The notes under the pieces are model-generated. The model was not told the DNA's origin, did no database searches, and was given only the letters and a program-made list of their open reading frames with translations. 16,336 nucleotides of DNA, from contig JAYWEM010000169.1 of the NCBI GenBank assembly GCA_043779265.1, positions 1 through 16,336 of the forward strand. Reading direction: 5' to 3'. How positions within the stretch are numbered: position 1 is the first letter of the stretch; each line of letters opens with the position of its first letter. Origin of the DNA: a bacterium (lineage in GTDB: Bacteria > Eisenbacteria > RBG-16-71-46). Shown piece by piece: positions 1 through 8,009 of the stretch. A program made the position numbers and the translations under genes.

Positions 1-1
1 C

Positions 2-2851
2 TCAGCGGAACGTGTAGGTGAACACGGCCTGCACGTAACGCTTCAGCGCCAGGTCGCGCGTGTCCTGCACGTAGGTCTCGGTGACGCTGCGGCTGACGCT
101 GCGGTTCTGCTCCAGCACGTCGCTCGCCGTCAGGCGCAGTTCGCCGCGGCCATCCTTCAACATCTTCTTGCCGACCGTCGTGTTCCACAGCAGGACGTCC
201 TGCCCGTAGGCGGACGGCACGCCGCTCTGCAGGTTGTGGTTCAGCTCCTGCCGGATGACGACCCCGTGCGGCACCGTGGCGTTGAACCGGAGCGAGGCGG
301 CGTGCGTGAAGTAGTCGCCGGTGTTGCTCGTGCTCAGCGTGTTGCGCGAGATGTTGTAGGTGCCCTGGTACGAAACCGTGAAGTCCAGATTCTGGCTGAT
401 GTTGCTCGCCAGCACCGTGCCCGAGCGGATGCCGTAGGTGCTCGACCGATTGATCGCGCCCTGGATCGACGTGGGCGTGCGCGAGAACGTGCCGCCTCCA
501 TTGAAGCTCAGATTGCTCTTCATCCAGGTCAGCGGTCGGCTGTAGACGGCGAACAGGTTGGAACTCCACGACTCCTCGAGGTTGATCGGCCGTGTCAGCT
601 GCGTGCCACGCACCAGGAAGACGCCTGCGATCGTCGTGTCACGGGGTGCCGTGAAAGTCGCGTTGGAGAACGTGCGAGCCGTGCGCGACAGATTGAAGAA
701 GGCGAATGTGCTGCGCGAGCGCATCGGATCGGCCTCGGACAGCCGGAGTGAGATCGAATTGGTGTAGCTCGGCACCAGGTCGGGATTGCCCGTCGAGAGC
801 GCCAACGGGTTGGCGTTGTTCACCACGTTCTGGAGTTGGCTGATGCTCGGGGCGTTGGTGGAGGTCGTCCACGCCAGGCGCATGCTGCGGCGATTGGCGA
901 AGTTGCCGGTCAGCGTCATCGAGGGCAGCACGTCCCCGAAGGACTCATCGAGCGAGAACGTGCCCGGGAACGTCTGATCGGAACGCAGGTGCTGCCTTTG
1001 ATAGGAGGCACTGGTGAGCCACTTCCACACGCCCTTGGTGACGAGCAGCGAGGCTCCGGCGCTCTGCGACATCGTGCGATTCTCGAACGTGTTGGAGGTG
1101 AGGCTGTCGGGGATGTTGTAGAGGCCCGTCTGCGCATCGAGACGCATGGCACGGGCATCCGAGTCGCTCCAGCTGAACGAGGGGTTGTAGAACACCTGGG
1201 CCTGGACCACGGCGTTGAGCGGTTCGGTGTAGGCGATTCGCGTCGAGAGTGAGCGCGTGGTGGTGAGCGTCCGCGTGCGCTGATCGAGAGTGTCGCTCGA
1301 GACGGCTGTGCCGGTGTAGAAGTCCGTCAGCGACAACTGGTCGGTGTCGGAGTCACGCTCATTGCGGCCCATGTTGATCTCGGCAGTCGAGTTGCGCCCT
1401 CGTTTGGCGAATCGTTTCCGGAAGGTGAGCCGGTTGGAGAGGTTGTCGCCGCTGGTGTTCGTGAGGCTCTCATTGCTCGAAGCGCTCATCAGGGCGCCGA
1501 GGGTGCTGAAGTTCCCCGCCGCCTCCGAGATGCGTGAGTCGTTCTGCTGGAAGTAGAGACGCGGCTGCATCACGACCGAGAACAGGGAGTCCGGCGCCCA
1601 CTCGAAGCGAGCATCGAAACGCTGATTGCCATTGGCCGCTCGAGTCCCCGACCGCTGGTCGTAGAACTGGATCGAGTCCTGTGCCGGGACGTACTCGCGC
1701 GACAGCAACTGGTCGTTCTCATTGTCGGAGTCGTTGAGGAACATGCTGGCGCTGGCCTTGAGCTTGGGCCCCCACTCGCCGACATAGTTCATGCCACCCG
1801 AGTGCGTGGTGGTGAGGCCGCTCTGCTGGCCGACGAAGAAGCTGCTCGGGTCGAACTGGCCGCCGCCGAAGCCGCCGCCACCCATGCGCATGCGGTGTCC
1901 ACCGCCACCCGGCCCGCCACGTCCCGCGCCGCCGCCGAACATCATGACGCGAGGGCCGCCCGAGCCGCCGCCCCCACCCGAACCACTCAGCGCGCCGAAC
2001 AGGTCCTGATGCGAGAAGTTGCGATCGTTGATGTTGTTGGACATTCCGAGCAGCGTGAAACGGGTCGGCCCCTTCACCCACGTCGCATTGCCGCCGGCCT
2101 GGTAGCGATCCTGGTCGCCGTAGCCGGCGTAGCCCTTGCCGAAGCGCGCCTTCTGGTCGCGCAGGATGAAGTTCATGGTGCGCTGCGACTGCCCGTCATC
2201 GAAGCCGCTGAACTCGGCCTGGTCGCTGGCGCGGTCGTAGACCTGGATTCGGTCGACGACATCGGCGGGGAGATTGCGCACCGCCGCCGTGGGGTCGCTG
2301 CCGAAGAACTGGCGACCGTTCACGAGCACCTGCTGCAACTGCTCGCCCTGCACACGCACCTGGCCGTTCTCGATCGTCACGCCCGGGAGCTTCTGGACCA
2401 GATCCTCGGCGCTCGCGTCCTTGTGGGTCTTGAGCGCGCTCGCCCGGAACTCGGTCGTATCGGCTCGCAGCGCGGCCGGAGCAGGCGACTCGGTCACGGT
2501 GACGCCGGGGATGTCGACGGACTCGGGGCTCATCGCAAGCGCGCCGAGATCCTGCCCGAGCTTGTTGATCGCCACCACCATCTTGAGGGGCGAGAAGCCG
2601 AGACGAGCGGCCTCGAGTCGATAGCGGTGGACTCCGAGCCCCTTGATCTCGAACGAGCCGTCCTCACGACTGACCGTCCGGTGGACGACCGACGTATCGG
2701 CGAACTTGGTGAGCTTGATGCTCGCCCCATTGACGGCGGACTGGTCGCTGCGATCCCGGACGATGCCCTTGACGCTGGTGACCTGTGCGTACGAGAGGGA
2801 GGGCAGGAGGACGAAGAAGAAGGTGAACAGCCACGCAGCCCGAGCACCCAT
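2..2851 (-). CDS. Outer-membrane beta-barrel protein, TonB-dependent receptor-like (N-terminal carboxypeptidase-regulatory-like domain, plug, barrel; Bacteroidota-type OMP beta-barrel family)
   Basis: Signal peptide MGARAAWLFTFFFVLLPSLSYA|Q. CarboxypepD_reg-like segment (VKGIVRD..VNGASIKL..DGSFEI..LGF). Plug-like motif AEDLVQKLPGV..VLVNGRQFFGSDP..NLPAD.VDRIQVYD. GNPDLVPSYTN barrel motif and C-terminal beta-signal-like YVQAVFTYTFR. Start uncertain: ATG at 2851, 2863 or 2950. Confidence 0.88.
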   Translation of the reverse strand: MGARAAWLFTFFFVLLPSLSYAQVTSVKGIVRDRSDQSAVNGASIKLTKFADTSVVHRTVSREDGSFEIKGLGVHRYRLEAARLGFSPLKMVVAINKLGQDLGALAMSPESVDIPGVTVTESPAPAALRADTTEFRASALKTHKDASAEDLVQKLPGVTIENGQVRVQGEQLQQVLVNGRQFFGSDPTAAVRNLPADVVDRIQVYDRASDQAEFSGFDDGQSQRTMNFILRDQKARFGKGYAGYGDQDRYQAGGNATWVKGPTRFTLLGMSNNINDRNFSHQDLFGALSGSGGGGGSGGPRVMMFGGGAGRGGPGGGGHRMRMGGGGFGGGQFDPSSFFVGQQSGLTTTHSGGMNYVGEWGPKLKASASMFLNDSDNENDQLLSREYVPAQDSIQFYDQRSGTRAANGNQRFDARFEWAPDSLFSVVMQPRLYFQQNDSRISEAAGNFSTLGALMSASSNESLTNTSGDNLSNRLTFRKRFAKRGRNSTAEINMGRNERDSDTDQLSLTDFYTGTAVSSDTLDQRTRTLTTTRSLSTRIAYTEPLNAVVQAQVFYNPSFSWSDSDARAMRLDAQTGLYNIPDSLTSNTFENRTMSQSAGASLLVTKGVWKWLTSASYQRQHLRSDQTFPGTFSLDESFGDVLPSMTLTGNFANRRSMRLAWTTSTNAPSISQLQNVVNNANPLALSTGNPDLVPSYTNSISLRLSEADPMRSRSTFAFFNLSRTARTFSNATFTAPRDTTIAGVFLVRGTQLTRPINLEESWSSNLFAVYSRPLTWMKSNLSFNGGGTFSRTPTSIQGAINRSSTYGIRSGTVLASNISQNLDFTVSYQGTYNISRNTLSTSNTGDYFTHAASLRFNATVPHGVVIRQELNHNLQSGVPSAYGQDVLLWNTTVGKKMLKDGRGELRLTASDVLEQNRSVSRSVTETYVQDTRDLALKRYVQAVFTYTFR

Positions 2852-2986
2852 CGGAGAGCCCATCCAGACGAGAGGAGGAGTGAATACGAGTGAGGTCCGA
2901 GAGGGACGAACGAGACTAGCGTTTCGTTCCCTTCCGTGCCGCCGCGACATGCCGCGGACGGGGTGGCCCCCTGCCGCGTTCGTCGG

Positions 2987-3017
2987 TTAGGACGCCCATC
3001 CGCTACGGAAGGTTGGG
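2987..3017 (-). promoter_or_regulatory. Putative ECF-sigma-type promoter for the outer-membrane receptor gene
   Basis: Minus strand reads cccAAC-cttccgtagcggatggg(17 nt)-CGTCctaa, matching the generic ECF AAC-N16/17-CGT architecture, in the intergenic gap and pointing at the receptor gene. Confidence 0.5.
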
Positions 3018-3058
3018 ACGAAGGTGAGCGATCGAGGCCGACGCGGCGAGGCCCGAAT

Positions 3059-5695
3059 TCAACGCGAGGGCGTTGCGGGGCTCACTTCCTGCGCGATCAC
3101 GGCTCTCATCTCGGCCGCCTCGCTCGCCTTCCCGAGCGCCTCGTACTCGGCCAGCAGGTCCTCGCGTGCGCTCTTCATCCAGTCGGCGGGCGGGACCGAC
3201 TGTCGACCGAGCACGTCATAGGCGGCGCGGGTCTCCGCGAGGGCCGCTTGGGGGCGGCGCTGGCGCAAGAGGGAGCGCCCGAGCCGGAGACGCGTGATGG
3301 CGGCTGTCGGATGGTCGGGCGCAAGCGTCTCGGCATAGCGAGCGAGGGCCTGACGGAAGAGCGCCTCGGCTTCTGCGGGCCGCTCGCGATCCATCGATAC
3401 TCCGCCCAGGTTGGCGATCGCCAGTCCGATGAGATAGTGCTTGCCGTCGTAGGCGGCCTGGTAGATGCGCACCATGCGGCGGAATCCGCGCTCGGCATCG
3501 TCGTAGCGCTTCTCGCGCTGGGCGATTCGAGCGAGTTCGTTGACGCTCGAGGCGACGCTCGGATGATCGGGTCCGTAGACGTGCTCTCGGATCGAAAGCG
3601 CCCGTCCGAGCAGACCGCGCGCCTCGACCAGGCGATTCTGCGGGATGAGGACTCGCGCCAGCATGGTCAGCGATGCTGCCGTCTCGTAGTGCTTCTCGCC
3701 ATACCAGTCGCTGAAGATCGACAGGGCCTCGCGGAAGTAACGCTCGGCGTTCTCCCACTGTCCCTGTTCCGACTGGATGGCCCCCAGGTTGATCAGATCG
3801 CTGGCGACATGAGGATGGCGATCCCCGTGGATGCCGCGATCGAGCCGGAGCACGACCTGGTTGAGCGAGTCGGCGATGTCGTAGTGGCCGGAGTAGAAGT
3901 GGCAATTGGCGAGATTCGTCAGCGTCTCCGAGACGTCGGTCGCGGGCGCTTTCGCGAGCGAGTCGAGTCGGGCGGCTCGCGACAGCACGTCGATCGCCTG
4001 CGGGTAGTCCCCTCGTAGCTCGAGCACGAGGCCGAGCGCCGTGGTGGCACGTGACAGCAGGGCGATCGGCTTCGCAGGGTCGGCCTCGGCGAGCGCGATC
4101 GCGGCGCGCACGAGCTGCTCGGCCTCTTCCAGCTGGGACTGATCCGCGCGCAGGAGCCCCAGCCCGACCAGGCTCTTCGCCACATCCGGATGATCGTGCC
4201 CGAACGTCGCGCGACGTACCGCGAGGGAGGCTTGCAGCAGCGTGTCGGCCTGCTCCAGCTGTCCGAGCGTCTTGTAAATGCCGCCCAGAGTCTGGAACAG
4301 CTCGGCGCGGATCGCAGGCTCCGTGCTGAGTGCGCCCGCTTCTCGCACACCGCGAGCCAGCAGGCTGACGACGCGCAGCGTGTCGGCGGGGCCCGCCGCG
4401 GCGTCGCCTCCCTCGAAGAGGCGGACCATGAACGCCTGGATCCGCTGCGTGCGTGCGGACTCCGCGAGCGCCTCGTTGCGCGCTTCGGTCAGCCGTGCCG
4501 TGTAGCTCGCCACGAGCGTGATCGCGCCGGTCAGGACGAGTGCGGCGATGCCGAGGGGCTGCCAATGTCTTCGGGCGAACTTACCCAGCCGATAGCCGGC
4601 GGTATCCGGCCGTGCTTCGAGTGGTTCGCCGTTCAGGTAGTGGTCGATATCGCGGATCATCGACTCGACGGTGCGATAGCGGCGTGCCGGGTCCTTCTGC
4701 AGTGCGGTGAGCACGAGCACGTCGAGATCCGCCCAGCCCGCCGACCGATCGCGCGATCGTCCCTTCTCCGATGGCCTGGCCGGTTCCACCTCGCCGAGGA
4801 TCCGGTCGATCTCAGCCGGGGATCGCCCCGCGAGATCGTGCGGGGAGTGTCCCGCGAGCAGCTCGTAGAGCACGACGCCGAGCGAGTAGACGTCGGTGTG
4901 GATCCCGAGTCGTCCGCCACTCACTTGCTCGGGGGCCGCGTAGGCGGGGGTCATCAATCTCAACTCGGTGCGCGTTCGAGCCGTGTCATCGCCGAGTTCC
5001 TCGACCCGCTTGGCGATACCGAAGTCGAGCAGCTTCACCTGGCCGCCCGCCGTGACGAGGATGTTCGAGGGTTTCAAGTCGCGATGGGTGACCGCATGCT
5101 GGTGCGCGTGCATCACCGCCTCGCACACCGAGCGGATCAGGCCGAGGCGCTGGACCGTGGTGCACGCGTGCGTCTCGCAGTAGCGATCGAGCGGCAGGCC
5201 CTCCACATACTCCATGGCGAACCACGGCGTGTGGTCGGGCAGCACATCGGCGTCGTAGAGCCGAGCGATGGATGGATGATTGAGCTGCGCCAGCGTTCGC
5301 TGTTCGCTCGCGAATCGCTCGCGCCTCGCGAGAGAGGCCCAGGAGTCCCGAAGGAGCTTGATCGCGACCAGATTGTGGAGATCGGTCCGCTCGGCGAGCA
5401 CGACGACCCCCATCCCACCCTCGCCGAGCAAGCGCAGGATGCGATAGGGACCGATCTCGCGAGGAAGCGTGGCGTCCGGAGTCCCAGCGGTCGCCTCGAC
5501 GGCGAGAGCCTCGACCCCACGGTCGATCACGGTCTCGGATGTGGCGTCGGCCCGAAGCAGTGCTCGCACCGAGTCGGCGAGCGAGGGGTCGTCCGCGCAG
5601 GTTTCCACGAGGAAGTCCTCGCGCTCGGCAGCGGGCAGCTCGAGTGCCCGATGGAAGACCTCCTGGACCCTCTGCCAGCGCGCCGTATCCATCAT
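3059..5695 (-). CDS. Membrane-anchored Hanks-type Ser/Thr protein kinase with C-terminal TPR repeats (ECF43-associated type)
   Basis: Kinase motifs GEGGMGVV, VAIK, HRDLKPSN, DFG, TPAYAAPEQ, DVYSLG. N-terminal RWQRVQEVFHRALEL..ER helix typical of kinases next to TIGR02999 sigmas. One TM (LGIAALVLTGAITLVASY). About 42-aa TPR units (GHDHPDVA, GDRHPHVA, GEKHYETA, GPDHPSVA, DGKHYLIG, APDHPTAA). Start ATG 5695 or 5692. Confidence 0.95.
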   Translation of the reverse strand: MMDTARWQRVQEVFHRALELPAAEREDFLVETCADDPSLADSVRALLRADATSETVIDRGVEALAVEATAGTPDATLPREIGPYRILRLLGEGGMGVVVLAERTDLHNLVAIKLLRDSWASLARRERFASEQRTLAQLNHPSIARLYDADVLPDHTPWFAMEYVEGLPLDRYCETHACTTVQRLGLIRSVCEAVMHAHQHAVTHRDLKPSNILVTAGGQVKLLDFGIAKRVEELGDDTARTRTELRLMTPAYAAPEQVSGGRLGIHTDVYSLGVVLYELLAGHSPHDLAGRSPAEIDRILGEVEPARPSEKGRSRDRSAGWADLDVLVLTALQKDPARRYRTVESMIRDIDHYLNGEPLEARPDTAGYRLGKFARRHWQPLGIAALVLTGAITLVASYTARLTEARNEALAESARTQRIQAFMVRLFEGGDAAAGPADTLRVVSLLARGVREAGALSTEPAIRAELFQTLGGIYKTLGQLEQADTLLQASLAVRRATFGHDHPDVAKSLVGLGLLRADQSQLEEAEQLVRAAIALAEADPAKPIALLSRATTALGLVLELRGDYPQAIDVLSRAARLDSLAKAPATDVSETLTNLANCHFYSGHYDIADSLNQVVLRLDRGIHGDRHPHVASDLINLGAIQSEQGQWENAERYFREALSIFSDWYGEKHYETAASLTMLARVLIPQNRLVEARGLLGRALSIREHVYGPDHPSVASSVNELARIAQREKRYDDAERGFRRMVRIYQAAYDGKHYLIGLAIANLGGVSMDRERPAEAEALFRQALARYAETLAPDHPTAAITRLRLGRSLLRQRRPQAALAETRAAYDVLGRQSVPPADWMKSAREDLLAEYEALGKASEAAEMRAVIAQEVSPATPSR

Positions 5696-5713
5696 CGCTC
5701 GAGCCCGGAGGGC

Positions 5714-6292
5714 TCAGTGCTCCCCGCGCATCTCGAGCGCCAGCCAGGCCCGCGCCGATCGCCAGTCGCGCAGCGCCGTCGCCTCCGAGATGCCCAGCAG
5801 ATCAGCTGCCTCGGCAACGCTCAGCCCGCCGAAGAACCGACTCTCGACCAGCATGGCCTGACGAGCGTCGAGCTTCGCCAGCGCAGCGAGCGCGGCATCG
5901 AGCGCGACCACGTCGTCGGCCCACGCCTCGCCGGCCACCGAGGCTTCATCGAGCGTCACGATCAGCGCGTCGTGTCCGCCGCGCTTGAGCGCATGACGGC
6001 GGCGGCCCGCCTCGACCAGCACCTGCCGCATCGCACGCGCCGCGATGCGCTTGAAGTGCAGGGGGGACGTGTTCGCCAACTCGGGCTGCCCCCGCAGCTT
6101 GAGCCACGCCTCATGGACCAGCGCCGTCGGATTGAGCGTGGCGCTCGACTCTCGCCTCCGGACGCTCGCAGCGATCCGCCGCAGCTCCTCGTAGGCGGCG
6201 CTGAACACGGCGTCGAGCGCATGGCGTTCGGCGAGCGAGGGTGCGCCCTCGATCGAGGCTGGGAGGTCCGGATCGGGTTCTTGAGGGGCCAT
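5714..6292 (-). CDS. ECF RNA polymerase sigma factor, TIGR02999 / ECF43-like
   Basis: YEELRRIA..TLNPTALVHEAWLKL..AARAMRQVLVE..KRGG (sigma2) and RQAMLVESRFFGGLSVAEAADLLGISEATALRDW (sigma4). Stop is 18 nt upstream of the kinase start. Start ATG 6292; alternative GTG 6319. Confidence 0.94.
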   Translation of the reverse strand: MAPQEPDPDLPASIEGAPSLAERHALDAVFSAAYEELRRIAASVRRRESSATLNPTALVHEAWLKLRGQPELANTSPLHFKRIAARAMRQVLVEAGRRRHALKRGGHDALIVTLDEASVAGEAWADDVVALDAALAALAKLDARQAMLVESRFFGGLSVAEAADLLGISEATALRDWRSARAWLALEMRGEH

Positions 6293-6351
6293 GACGGTTC
6301 CGAGGGTGTTCTCACGCAATCGAGGGAGAGCGGTGGCTGCGAGCCGTCATG

Positions 6352-6357
6352 AGTATA
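6352..6357 (-). promoter_or_regulatory. Candidate sigma70-type -10 element (TATACT) for the ECF-kinase operon
   Basis: TATACT (5/6 to TATAAT) on the minus strand about 60 nt upstream of ATG 6292, conspicuous in GC-rich DNA. No convincing -35. Confidence 0.4.
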
Positions 6358-6451
6358 GGCGCATTCGAGGTCAGTTCACCCTGCGGCTCGAACCGGGGCC
6401 AGGGAGTCCTGCAGTGGGCTCGCAACAGATCTCCGGAGAGGAGAAACACTC

Positions 6452-7033
6452 ATGGACAGCAGCTATCACCAGGAGCAACTCGGCGACGGACGCGTGCGAT
6501 TCACCGTGACGCCGGCGAGCGTCCCCAAGGCCTCGGGCGGCCCCGCGGTGCTGGCCGGGATCTTCGTCCTCATCGTCCTCGGCACGATCGGGCCGGGCGA
6601 GGGCGGCATCGGCTTCATCATCCGGTTGGTCGTGGCCGTCTTCGGGGCACGATTCATCCATCGGACGGGCAACCAGTGGTTCGCGCGCAGCGCCGACAAG
6701 GTCCGTTCCCCGGGGGGCACGTTCGTGGCATCGCCCTCGGGCCTCGAGACCAGCGGTGGCTCGATCCTGCGTGACGAACTCCACCGACTCATCGTCCGCA
6801 ACGGCGTTCCCGAGGTGCAGGAGATGACGGTCGTCAACACCGGCAGCGTCTCGTCGGGGATGGCGGTGGGCGCGGCCAACGATCGCATGGCGAACCGGGC
6901 GAAGGCGTCGGCCGTCGCCTACATGCTTTGCGCCGAAGCGGGAGGCAGGTCCACGACGCTGGGCGGCGGCATGACCGAGGTCACGGCCAACGGCTTGCTG
7001 ACCGATGTGAGCAGGATCCTCCGGATGGTCTGA
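6452..7033 (+). CDS. Hypothetical membrane protein (two TM helices followed by a soluble domain)
   Basis: Strong SD (GGAGAGGAG, 6435-6443) 8 nt before ATG. GC-rich third codon positions. Hydrophobic hairpin AVLAGIFVLIVLGTI / GIGFIIRLVVAVFGA. No family recognised. Confidence 0.82.
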   Translation: MDSSYHQEQLGDGRVRFTVTPASVPKASGGPAVLAGIFVLIVLGTIGPGEGGIGFIIRLVVAVFGARFIHRTGNQWFARSADKVRSPGGTFVASPSGLETSGGSILRDELHRLIVRNGVPEVQEMTVVNTGSVSSGMAVGAANDRMANRAKASAVAYMLCAEAGGRSTTLGGGMTEVTANGLLTDVSRILRMV

Positions 7034-7094
7034 GAGGGCCGACGGCGGGCTGTGAGGACCGGTCGCACGACTTCGGGGGAGGTCGGCGGCCGGC

Positions 7095-7736
7095 TCACGG
7101 CGCCCGGAATCGAGTCGCCGGCGTGCGGGTCATCGCATCGCGCCCCGAGCGGGCTTCGACTTCGGCCATCAACTCGGCGCCGCTCACGGTCGAGGCGGGC
7201 AGGTGCTCTCGCGTCACCAGCAAGTGCGTCGTGCCTGCGACGTCCAGCCTGGCGAACTCGCGCAGGTCGGGGCCGATGAGGATCACCGTGTAGTCCTCGA
7301 CCCCGGTCACCATCGTCCAGCGCAGCTCGATGCCGTCCGCATGCGCTCGCGGCTCGAGAAGGATGAACTCGTAGAGCGTCGATTCGCTTCGAAGCGCGGG
7401 AGTCGGCGCGGGCCTCGTCGACCACCAGACGGCCGAGAACGTGAGCGCGACGGCTGCAGCAGCAGCGAGGGCCAACTGCGGCATCTTCCAGATCGAGCCT
7501 GGCCGAGCAGGAGCCCGGAAGTCGGCCGTTCGTGTCAGGCGAGCGGTCAACTCGCGGCCGGCGACGTCAACATTCGCCGCGGAAGTCGCGGCGGGAGCGG
7601 GGGACTCGAACGTGGCATGCAGAAGTCGGAGCGCTTCGAACTCGGGGTTGCGCATGGCCAGCATGCGATCGGGATGGGACTCGGGCAGCGTCATCAGGCG
7701 CTCGAACTGGTCGGGCGACATCGGAGTGTGGCTCAC
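7095..7736 (-). CDS. Hypothetical single-pass membrane protein, anti-sigma-factor-like, with Fn3/Ig-like extracytoplasmic domain
   Basis: GTG start with SD AAGGAG (7745-7750). Cytoplasmic N-terminus, TM (LALAAAAAVALTFSAVWW), then LRS and IELRWTMVTGVEDYTVIL Fn3-like strands. Start overlaps (GTGA) the stop of a sigma-factor remnant. Confidence 0.78.
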   Translation of the reverse strand: MSHTPMSPDQFERLMTLPESHPDRMLAMRNPEFEALRLLHATFESPAPAATSAANVDVAGRELTARLTRTADFRAPARPGSIWKMPQLALAAAAAVALTFSAVWWSTRPAPTPALRSESTLYEFILLEPRAHADGIELRWTMVTGVEDYTVILIGPDLREFARLDVAGTTHLLVTREHLPASTVSGAELMAEVEARSGRDAMTRTPATRFRAP

Positions 7737-7873
7737 GCGTCGGGCTCCTTCCCGCGGTCACTCGCAAGCGCTGCGTGGAGCTTGCGCCTCGCGGTCTGCA
7801 CCAGGCCGCGCGCCCCGGTCGCGCTCTCGAGCCCGAGCAGCCGCGTGATCTACTCGACACTCGTCTCCTCGTA
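7733..7873 (-). pseudogene. Remnant of an ECF sigma factor (region 4 only, in-frame TAG)
   Basis: Manual translation YEETSVE*ITRLLGLESATGARGLVQTARRKLHAALASDRGKEPDA* resembles a sigma4 HTH (E.S.EEIA.LLG......V....RAR.KL...L). TAG at 7850-7852 lies where Glu (GAG) is expected. No sigma2 or convincing start upstream; only 136 nt separate it from the previous gene. Confidence 0.75.
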
Positions 7874-8009
7874 CGGACGAGTCGCAGAGAGGTCCCCTTT
7901 CGGAGAGCAGCGCCCGCCGATGATTCCACTCCGAGTGCCCGGGGTCCAGCAGGAACTCACGCTGACCGACTGGGCCGTTCAGTCCGCCCTCAGGCCGCCT
8001 CGCCTCGTC

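Noticed and set aside
2864..2990. Cobalamin riboswitch upstream of the TonB-like gene
   Set aside because: Only AAGGGAA is present; no recognisable CCCGC-ACUG or B12-box elements.
4190..6352. 720-aa plus-strand ORF (and similar long ORFs at 1802-2893, 2936-4018, 7203-8840, 8859-10187, 14282-15523)
   Set aside because: Antisense shadows of well-supported minus-strand genes; stop-poor frames are expected in GC-rich DNA and show no motifs.
7850..7852. Amber recoding (pyrrolysine or TAG reassignment) in the sigma remnant
   Set aside because: TAG is used as a normal stop at 11520-11522, no pyl genes are present here, and the gene lacks its 5' part anyway.
7874..8009. Riboswitch or ribozyme in this gap (GAAA tetraloop hairpin; GGAGAG..GCCGA resemblance to a glycine aptamer; c-di-GMP-I-like stem)
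   Set aside because: Core conserved motifs are incomplete and the glycine-like match faces no downstream gene; an Rfam scan would settle it.
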